Source of the DNA: Gammaproteobacteria bacterium
GTDB taxonomy: Bacteria; Pseudomonadota; Gammaproteobacteria; Natronospirales; REEB76
NCBI GenBank assembly: GCA_036271575.1
Contig: DATBAJ010000071.1
Coordinates: 65 to 64,064, forward strand
DNA length: 64,000 nt
Direction: 5' to 3'
The notes beneath the pieces are model-generated. The model was not told where the DNA came from, searched no databases, and worked only from the letters and a program-made list of their open reading frames with translations. Shown in pieces: positions 20,554-27,874 of the stretch (within the stretch, counting starts at the first letter, position 1; every line of letters begins with the position of its first letter). The position numbers were made by a program, and so were the translations under genes.

Positions 20554-22481
20554 TCTCCCTCGTGGGCGCGGCGCAGCCTATACAGTACGTTCTCGCCATA
20601 CTGTTTGGCGAGGGTCATGGACCCCAGATAGTCGCAGGCGAACTCGCGGGCGCCGGCTGCCGCCAGCAGGGCGGCCAGCTGCTCACTTATATATACGGCA
20701 CCCGCGGCCGTGACCGGCTCGATGCGCGCGGCGCGGTTCACGTGAGCGCCGAAGAAGTTGCGGCGGCCGATGATCGGGTCGACCGCCGGGAATACCGGGC
20801 CTGCGTGCATGCCGATGCGGATGCTGGTGTCCTCCGGCAAGCCGTGGCGGCGCCACTGGGTGGCGCGCACCGCATCACGCAGCCGCAGGCCGAAGTCCGC
20901 TGCCGGTGCCGGCTCATCGAACACCATGAACAGGCCGTCGCCCCAGGTGTTGAGGAAGGCGGGCATGGCGCCGCTGCCGGCGATGACCCGCGCGATCACT
21001 CCCAGGAAGTGCACCAGGAACGCCGGCGTGTCCGCCTCCTGCAGCCGGCTGAAACCCACCATGTCCGCGAACAGCATGGTCTTGATCTCGCGGTGTGCCG
21101 CCTCCGGCGAGGTGAGCGGCGCAGAGGCGCGGCGCGCGGGCGCTCCGGCGTCGCGTAGCGCGCGCAGGTCTATGTTGCGCGACGGCCGTCCAAGCTGTTC
21201 CCAGGCGTTGACCGCACTCTGCGTGCCTCCACGGCGCTCCGGGTCCAGCGGGTCCAGCACCGCGAGCTGCAGGACCCCGGTCTCGAGCTGTCCGGCGCGG
21301 AGCAAGGCCGCGCCCTGGGTGAGGGCGGCGGTGTATTCGAAGAGGATGTCATCGCCCAGGTACTGCTCCTGTACCGCGCGGCTGACGCTGGTGGCGTGGC
21401 GCAGGGCCGCGTGGAAACGCCGCGTCCATTGCGGACCGGCGAAGCCGACGCTGGTCTCCAGGAAGTCCTGTTGGGCGAACGGCAGGATCACGTGAACTTC
21501 CGCGCCGCGTTTCAGCATCTGCTCGATGAATATGATGTCGGCGCCGCAGGCGGCCGAGCAGTAGCCGAAGCCGGCGTCGCATTCCTCCAGTGCCGCAGCC
21601 ACCGCGCGCGTGACCTTGGGTTCGAGCGCCGCCGGGAATCGGGGTTCGGTCCGTTCGGGCCGATCCAGCATGTGGCCCGTGAATACCACCACCCGCGGCA
21701 GCGATACCAGCGCGTCGAGTCCGGACGGCACCGCGCTATCCAGCAGACGCAACTGCCTGCGCATGCTGGCGATGTCGCCGAAACGGCCTCGCATGGCACG
21801 CATGGCGCGCTGGTACCAGTGTTCCGCTTGCGGACCATCGCCCAGCAGCGCGCTGGCCTCACCCAGGGTGGCGTACATCCACGGATCGATCTTGCGGGTG
21901 TTGCGCAGTTTCTTCAGGCACAGCCGCCGGGTCTCTTCGGCCAGCGCGCGGCTTTCGACGGCGCGGCCGAGCAGCGAATACAGCGTCGCGGCATTGATGG
22001 CGGGGAAATATCCGCCGCTTGCGGCATAGGCCTCGGCGTAAGCGGCGGCGGCGCGCTCGCCGGCTTCGCTCCGCGCCGGTCCGGCGGGGAGACGGGCCCA
22101 CAGGTCCTTTGCGATGCGTCCTTCGAGGCTCTTGGCTTCTGCGTAGAGCGGGTCGGCGTGCCGGAGTCTGCCCGTGAGCGCCGCGAGCAGGCCCACGGCT
22201 TCGGTGTAGGAACCGCCGCGCGCCGCGGCCAGCGCCGCGAGATAACCGAGTTCGCGCTCGCGGGGGTGATGACTGATACCGTGGCGCAGGATCTCGTAGG
22301 CGAGGGTCGGATACCCATACTCCAGCGCGCGGCGGCCGGCATCGCAGAATGCGGCGGCATCCCAGTCCGCGCCGCCGGCGCGCTGTTCCCAGGCGGCGAT
22401 CAGGCCCCGCAGGTCCACCGGCGTTCGACGGCGCGGACGCGCCTGCTTCGCTGTGCGGCTGGCTTGGGTCTTGCGCGGCAT
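20550..22481 (-). CDS. Multidomain class III nucleotidyl cyclase (helical-repeat N-domain + Rossmann-like middle domain + cyclase)
   Basis: 643 aa. The C-terminal ~175 aa hold cyclase motifs: MLFADMVGFS (metal Asp), TWGDGLFMVF (metal Asp), IRIGMHAGPV and GAHVNRAARIE (Asn/Arg). The N-terminal ~230 aa are alpha-helical-repeat (..GGYFPAINAATLYSLLG..), TPR/DUF4071-like. The middle domain is ..VVVFTGHMLDRP..YCSAACGADIIFIEQMLKRGAEVHVILPF... The stop overlaps the TIR gene start (ATGA). Confidence 0.85.
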   Translation of the reverse strand: MPRKTQASRTAKQARPRRRTPVDLRGLIAAWEQRAGGADWDAAAFCDAGRRALEYGYPTLAYEILRHGISHHPRERELGYLAALAAARGGSYTEAVGLLAALTGRLRHADPLYAEAKSLEGRIAKDLWARLPAGPARSEAGERAAAAYAEAYAASGGYFPAINAATLYSLLGRAVESRALAEETRRLCLKKLRNTRKIDPWMYATLGEASALLGDGPQAEHWYQRAMRAMRGRFGDIASMRRQLRLLDSAVPSGLDALVSLPRVVVFTGHMLDRPERTEPRFPAALEPKVTRAVAAALEECDAGFGYCSAACGADIIFIEQMLKRGAEVHVILPFAQQDFLETSVGFAGPQWTRRFHAALRHATSVSRAVQEQYLGDDILFEYTAALTQGAALLRAGQLETGVLQLAVLDPLDPERRGGTQSAVNAWEQLGRPSRNIDLRALRDAGAPARRASAPLTSPEAAHREIKTMLFADMVGFSRLQEADTPAFLVHFLGVIARVIAGSGAMPAFLNTWGDGLFMVFDEPAPAADFGLRLRDAVRATQWRRHGLPEDTSIRIGMHAGPVFPAVDPIIGRRNFFGAHVNRAARIEPVTAAGAVYISEQLAALLAAAGAREFACDYLGSMTLAKQYGENVLYRLRRAHEGE

Positions 22482-22617
22482 GGATCGAGCATAGACGAAA
22501 AGACCCGCCGGCCATAGACCGCGGCGCTTGCAGTCCGGGCCCCGTCCAGCGAAGCTATGCCCGGCCCGCTAGGGACCCGCGGACCCGCATTACAACCATA
22601 AACGCGCGCAGCCAAGC

Positions 22618-25600
22618 ATGCTCCATCGCCGAATGCATCATCGGTCTCTGCGCCTGCGGGCCTTGGCGGTCGTCACCGGCTTGTGCCTGGCGTGCTGTGC
22701 GTCGTCGTCATCGGCGGCACCGGCGACTAGTCTGCCGCCGGGGTCGAGCCTGCGTTTCCGCCACATCCGCATCGAAGACGGCCTGGCCCAGAGTTCAGTG
22801 CAGGCCATCGTCCAGGACGCCCAGGGCTATCTGTGGTTCGGCACCCAGGACGGATTGCAGCGCTACGATGGCTACGGCTTCCTGACTTTCCGCCACGATC
22901 CCTCCGATCCCGGCTCTCTCTCGGACAACACGGTGAATGCCTTGGCCTTGGGGCAGGACGGCGCGCTCTGGGTCGGTACGTCGACGGGCGGCTTGGACAG
23001 GTTGGATACCAGCACCCGCCGTTTCAGCCATCTCGCCAATGATCCCAAGGACCCGGCCAGTCTCGCCAGCGACCAGGTGTCGGTGCTGTATGTGGATCGC
23101 CAGCAGCATCTGTGGATAGGTACCGGTGCCGGACTCGACCTGTACGATGGGCACGTCTTCCATCATTACCCTATCTCCGATTCCTCCGCCGGCCCGCGCA
23201 GCGTCAACAGCCTCCACGAGGATGCGAACGGGCGGCTTTGGGTGGGAAGCGGTCACGGCATCTTCTATATGGACGGCGATCATCTGGCGCCGTTCGTGGC
23301 CGGCGGCAGCATGACCTCCGATCAGCATGGCTTGTTCACGGAATCACCCATCCACGCCATCACCGGGGTAGGCGGCATGCTGTGGATCGCCAGCGGTAGA
23401 GGGATCGCGGCGGTGGATGCCCATGGAGAGCTGCAGCATTTCTATGCCCACTCCAAGGCGCCGGATTCCCTCGCCAACGATCATGCCCTGGCGCTGCTGC
23501 GGGACTCCTCCGGCGATGTCTGGGTCGGCACCTACGGCGGGGGAGTGAGCCGCTTCGACGATAGCGCCGCCGGGTTCTCATCCTACCGGCACGATGCGAC
23601 GGACCCCGGGAGCCTCGGCAGCGACCAGATCAACGTGCTCTATGAAGACCGTTCCGGCCTGATCTGGATCGGCACCGACGATGACGGCGTCGACATCTAC
23701 AATCCGCGCACCCGTGCTTTCGGCTACTACCGCCACAAGCAGGATGACGTGAACAGCCTGGCCAGTAACATGGTGTGGTCCATCTTCAAGGATCAGGCGG
23801 GCGATATCTGGGCCGGCACCGATCACGGGCTCACGCGCATGGATGCCGCCCGGCGCCACTACCGGCAGTACCACATGGGCGAGAGACCCGCCACGCGCGT
23901 GGACGACGATCAAGTCAACGTCGTCTACGGCGACCGGCAGGGTGGGCTGTGGACGGGGACTGACTACGGCATCTATAGATATGAGCCGGCGCGTGATGCA
24001 TTCCAGCGCTATGACCTGGTGCCGGGCCGCGATGACAGCAGCGGCAACGTGGTGAGTTCCCTCTATCAGGACAGCCACGGTCGCCTGTGGGCCGGCACCG
24101 GCGCGGGCCTGGTACAGGTGGACACGGAGAAACGCGGCGCGCGCCGCTTCCGCCATGACCCCAACCGCGCCGATAGCCTGCCGGCAGATGCCGTCATCGC
24201 CCTCTGCGAGACCACGGACGGCCGCCTGTGGGTGGGGACTTCCGGCGGGCTCGCCTCCTTCGACGGCACGGCCGACAGCTTCCAGGTGTTCCACAACGAT
24301 CCCAGGGATTCCACCAGTGTCAGCTACGACAACATCCAGTCCTGTCGCGCGGATGCCGAAGGCGGGCTTTGGGTCGGCACTGCCGACGGCTTGGATCACC
24401 TTGCGGCGGGACAGCGGTCGTTCAAGCGTTACTTCAGCCGCGACGGTCTTCCCAACGACACGATCTACTCGATCCTGGCGGAGCCGGCGGGCGCGATATG
24501 GATCAGCACCGACGACGGCCTGTCGCGTTTCGAGCCCGCGACCGGCGCGTTCCACAACTACCTGAAGAGCGACGGGCTGCAGAGCGACGAGTTCAACGGT
24601 GGCGCGGGTTTCGCCGCCCCGGACGGCGAACTGCTGTTCGGCGGCGTGGACGGACTGAACGCCTTCTATCCTTCCCACATCGCCCGCGATGCGTTGCCGC
24701 CGAAGGTCGCCGTCACCCGTTTCCTGCGTCAGAACTCGGAGGTGCCGCTGGCGACTACGGCCGGACAGACGGACGCAGTGCAAGTGCAATACCAGCAGAA
24801 CATGCTGAGCTTCGAGTTCACGGCCTTCGACTACGCGGAACCCGAGCTCAACCGTTTCAGCTACCGGCTGGACGGATTCGACGACGAGTGGCATGACTTG
24901 CGCGGACGGCACGCGGCGACCTATACCAACCTGGACCCGGGCAAGTACCTGTTGCGGGTGCGCGGCGCCAACAGCGACGGCGTGTGGAGCGCCGATGATG
25001 CGACCCTGGATATAGAAGTGCTGCCGCCGGCCTGGCGCAGCGGCTGGGCGTATCTGTTGTATGCCGCAGCCGGTTTCGTGACGCTGATGGTGGGGCTTGC
25101 TCTCTACAAGCGCATCATCCAGCGTGAGCAGCGTCTGGTGGAGGAACAGCAGCGCCGGCGTTGGGCGGAATCCTTGCACGACCTCATCCATCGCGTGACT
25201 GCCCAACGCGACGATCGCAGCATCGCCGAGCAGCTCATCGATGCGCTCACCAACTTCATCGACTACGAGCAGGCCTTGTTCTACGTGGAGCGGGAGGGCA
25301 GCATGACCTTGCTGGCTTCGCGCGGCATCGGTCCCACCGAACAGGCCTACCTGGAGCATTGGCCGCAGCAGCAACCGGGCATCGTGGCGCGACTCAAGCA
25401 GGCGCAGAAGACGCTGCTGCTCACGCCGGAGGATGCGGCGACCCTGGCGGGCGGCGCCAAACCGGGGCGGCACCATTACCTGGCGGTGCCGCTGCACTCC
25501 GGCAGCGGCGCGTTCCGGCTGCTGTTGGTGGGCCGGCCGAACCGGGTCCTCAAGGAGCAGCAGATGGCGGTGGCCACCGCCATGGCCAAGCAGGTGAACA

Positions 25601-26145
25601 TGGCGCTGGACAACATACAGTTGATCCAGGACTTGGAGGACCTCGCCACCACCGATGGACTGACCCGGCTCTATAACCGGCGTCATTTCATGGAGCGTGC
25701 CGAGAGCGAGTTCGAGCGCAGCCGCCGTTACCGGCGCGACTTGTCGGTGTTCCTCATCGATGCGGACCACTTCAAGCTCATCAACGACACCCATGGCCAC
25801 GAGGCGGGCGACCGGGCGCTGCGGCTTCTGGCCTCTGCCTGCCGCGAGGGCTTGCGCCAGCTGGACGTGATCGGCCGCTACGGAGGCGAGGAGCTGGTGG
25901 CGCTGCTGCCGGAAGCTTCCGCCGCAGTGGCCTACGAGACCGCCGAACGACTGCGGCAGAGCATCGAACGGATACAGATACCCTTGCCGCAGGGCGAAGC
26001 CCGGCTGACGGTGAGCATAGGCGTAGCCACCGCCGGGGCCGACACCGAGACCGTGGCGGCGCTCATCAACCAGGCGGACCGGGCCCTGTATGAGGCCAAG
26101 CGCAATGGCCGGAACCGGGTGGTGGCGGCCGGCGCTCCGAAATGA
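22618..26145 (+). CDS. Periplasmic two-component-regulator-propeller/Y_Y_Y sensor - TM - GAF - GGDEF diguanylate cyclase
   Basis: 1175 aa. Signal/lipoprotein-like N-terminus. Many ..LW(V/I)GT..GL..(Y/F).. propeller repeats, followed by a Y_Y_Y-like Ig segment (FSYRLDGFDDEWHD..). TM helix WAYLLYAAAGFVTLMVGLALY. GAF-like region. GGDEF domain with RYGGEEL active site and an RQLD (RxxD) I-site. Confidence 0.85.
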   Translation: MLHRRMHHRSLRLRALAVVTGLCLACCASSSSAAPATSLPPGSSLRFRHIRIEDGLAQSSVQAIVQDAQGYLWFGTQDGLQRYDGYGFLTFRHDPSDPGSLSDNTVNALALGQDGALWVGTSTGGLDRLDTSTRRFSHLANDPKDPASLASDQVSVLYVDRQQHLWIGTGAGLDLYDGHVFHHYPISDSSAGPRSVNSLHEDANGRLWVGSGHGIFYMDGDHLAPFVAGGSMTSDQHGLFTESPIHAITGVGGMLWIASGRGIAAVDAHGELQHFYAHSKAPDSLANDHALALLRDSSGDVWVGTYGGGVSRFDDSAAGFSSYRHDATDPGSLGSDQINVLYEDRSGLIWIGTDDDGVDIYNPRTRAFGYYRHKQDDVNSLASNMVWSIFKDQAGDIWAGTDHGLTRMDAARRHYRQYHMGERPATRVDDDQVNVVYGDRQGGLWTGTDYGIYRYEPARDAFQRYDLVPGRDDSSGNVVSSLYQDSHGRLWAGTGAGLVQVDTEKRGARRFRHDPNRADSLPADAVIALCETTDGRLWVGTSGGLASFDGTADSFQVFHNDPRDSTSVSYDNIQSCRADAEGGLWVGTADGLDHLAAGQRSFKRYFSRDGLPNDTIYSILAEPAGAIWISTDDGLSRFEPATGAFHNYLKSDGLQSDEFNGGAGFAAPDGELLFGGVDGLNAFYPSHIARDALPPKVAVTRFLRQNSEVPLATTAGQTDAVQVQYQQNMLSFEFTAFDYAEPELNRFSYRLDGFDDEWHDLRGRHAATYTNLDPGKYLLRVRGANSDGVWSADDATLDIEVLPPAWRSGWAYLLYAAAGFVTLMVGLALYKRIIQREQRLVEEQQRRRWAESLHDLIHRVTAQRDDRSIAEQLIDALTNFIDYEQALFYVEREGSMTLLASRGIGPTEQAYLEHWPQQQPGIVARLKQAQKTLLLTPEDAATLAGGAKPGRHHYLAVPLHSGSGAFRLLLVGRPNRVLKEQQMAVATAMAKQVNMALDNIQLIQDLEDLATTDGLTRLYNRRHFMERAESEFERSRRYRRDLSVFLIDADHFKLINDTHGHEAGDRALRLLASACREGLRQLDVIGRYGGEELVALLPEASAAVAYETAERLRQSIERIQIPLPQGEARLTVSIGVATAGADTETVAALINQADRALYEAKRNGRNRVVAAGAPK

Positions 26146-26167
26146 ACGCGATACGAAGGGGTTTCAC

Positions 26168-26401
26168 GTGAAAACCACAGGTAGGGCGCCGCTGCGCCAT
26201 CGGCTGTTACTAGGAGTGGTGTTGCTGACCCTGGCCGCCACGGTGTGGCCGGGATATCTCCTGGGCGCGCGCATCTCGCCCTATGTGCTCGGTCTGCCGT
26301 TCTCCCTGCTATGGCTGGTGCTGTGCATCCTGGTGGTGTTCGTGGCCTTGTCGCTCACCTTCCGCGCCGACATGCGCGCCGGCAAAAGGGGCGGGCGGTG
26401 A
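26168..26401 (+). CDS. Small two-TM membrane protein (DUF3311-like) preceding the symporter
   Basis: GTG 26168, with AAGGGG 7 nt upstream, gives a 77-aa protein with two hydrophobic helices. It is coupled by a GTGA overlap to a sodium:solute symporter, the usual context of DUF3311. The track start at 26090 lies inside the GGDEF gene. Confidence 0.55.
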   Translation: MKTTGRAPLRHRLLLGVVLLTLAATVWPGYLLGARISPYVLGLPFSLLWLVLCILVVFVALSLTFRADMRAGKRGGR

Positions 26402-27867
26402 CCATCGAACTCATCCCTTGTCTCGTCTATCTTGGGCTGGCGCTGCTGCTCGGCATGCTGCCGGGGCGCTTCAGTTCGCGCAGCGTGGCGGGCTACGTGG
26501 CCGGCGACCGCAGCCTGAATACCGTGCTGTTGTATTTCGTCTTGGGTGCAGCGGTGTTCTCGTCTTTCGCTTTCCTGGGCGGACCCGGCTGGGCTTATTC
26601 TCGCGGTGCCGCCGCTTTCTACATCCTGGCCTATGGCGCCTTCGGCATGATCCCGTTCTATTTCCTGGGACCAAGGGCGCGCCGACTGGGTGCACGCCTG
26701 GGATTCTTCACCCAGGCGGAGATCGTGGGGCACCGTTTCGACAGTAAACCGCTGCAGGTGACCGTGGCCCTGTTCAGCATCGCCGCGCTGGTGCCGTATC
26801 TCACGCTGCAGATCAAAGGCGTGGGCTTCATCCTGTCGGTCGCGAGCCACGGCACGCTGCCGGAGTGGGAGGGCGCACTCATCGCCTACGGCATCGTCAC
26901 CGTGTACGTGCTCTACAGCGGCATGCTGGGTGTGAGCTGGACCAGTGTGTTCATGGGCTTGGCGATGATGACCATCGGCTGGCTGTTCGGGTTGTACCTG
27001 CCATGGAAGTTCTACGGCGGCATCGGCGCCATGTTCCACGCCATCGCCACCGGCCCGCATGCCGCGATGCTGGTGCCGCCTGGCCTGGATGCTGCCGGCG
27101 GATCTTGGGACTGGTGGGGCTACAGTTCGGCGATCCTGGTCTCGGTATTGGGTTTCTGCTGCTGGCCACATTTCTTCATGCGCAGCATGGCCGCCAAGGA
27201 CGACCGCAGCATCAAGCTCATGGTCGTCATGTATCCCACCATGCAGATATTCATGGTGCCGATACTGATCATCGGCTTCTCCGCGGTGCTGTTGTTCCCT
27301 GACATCAAGCCGGCGGACACGGTATTGCCCTTCATGCTGCAGCACGCCGGACTCTCGCCATGGCTGGTGGGTCTCGCTTCAGCCGGTACCCTGGCGGCGT
27401 CCATGCACACCGGCGATGCCATCATGCACGCCGCAGGTACCGTCGGCGTGCGCGATGGCATCATGCCCTTGTTACGCAAACCTCTGGACGATCGGCGCGA
27501 GCGGCGCCTGATCCGGATATTGATCGTGGTCATCACCGCCGTAGCTTTCTATTTTGCGGTGGCCTCGAAACTCTCGCTGGTATCCCTGCTGCTTGGTTCC
27601 TACGGCGGAGTGGCGCAGATATTCCCGGTATTGATCGCTGCCTTCTACTGGCCACGGGCGACGGCCGCCGGTGCGGGCGCCGGCCTGGTGACAGGCATCG
27701 CCGTGAACATGCTGGTCCTGCTGGAGCCGGCCTTGAAGCCGGTGCCGTTGCACGAAGGTATCTACGGCCTCGTGGCCAACGTCATCGTGCTGGTCGCTGT
27801 CAGCCTGGTCACCAGACCGGTGAGTGCCGCGCGTCTCAAGGACTACGCGGAGGCCGGTTGGGACTAA
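26398..27867 (+). CDS. Sodium:solute symporter (SSS) family transporter
   Basis: About 490 aa from GTG 26398 (VTIELIPCLVYLG..). About 13 hydrophobic segments, with a motif pattern typical of the SSS family (..AGDRSLN..FLGGPGWAY..). Substrate unknown. Confidence 0.8.
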   Translation: MTIELIPCLVYLGLALLLGMLPGRFSSRSVAGYVAGDRSLNTVLLYFVLGAAVFSSFAFLGGPGWAYSRGAAAFYILAYGAFGMIPFYFLGPRARRLGARLGFFTQAEIVGHRFDSKPLQVTVALFSIAALVPYLTLQIKGVGFILSVASHGTLPEWEGALIAYGIVTVYVLYSGMLGVSWTSVFMGLAMMTIGWLFGLYLPWKFYGGIGAMFHAIATGPHAAMLVPPGLDAAGGSWDWWGYSSAILVSVLGFCCWPHFFMRSMAAKDDRSIKLMVVMYPTMQIFMVPILIIGFSAVLLFPDIKPADTVLPFMLQHAGLSPWLVGLASAGTLAASMHTGDAIMHAAGTVGVRDGIMPLLRKPLDDRRERRLIRILIVVITAVAFYFAVASKLSLVSLLLGSYGGVAQIFPVLIAAFYWPRATAAGAGAGLVTGIAVNMLVLLEPALKPVPLHEGIYGLVANVIVLVAVSLVTRPVSAARLKDYAEAGWD

Positions 27868-27874
27868 GCACAGC

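Noticed and set aside
17524-22481. Calling the cyclase + TIR pair a Pycsar, CBASS or Thoeris system
   Set aside because: Pycsar TIR effectors carry a cNMP-binding domain, CBASS needs a CD-NTase, and Thoeris needs ThsA-type SLOG/SIR2 or similar partners. None of these is visible here, so the pair is reported as unclassified rather than forced into a known family.
23578-25800. 740-aa minus-strand ORF antisense to the propeller-GAF-GGDEF gene
   Set aside because: It is fully embedded antisense in a gene with clear domain motifs. Its translation is Arg/Ala/Gly/His/Val-rich low-complexity sequence with no motif. Long stop-free antisense frames are expected in GC-rich DNA.
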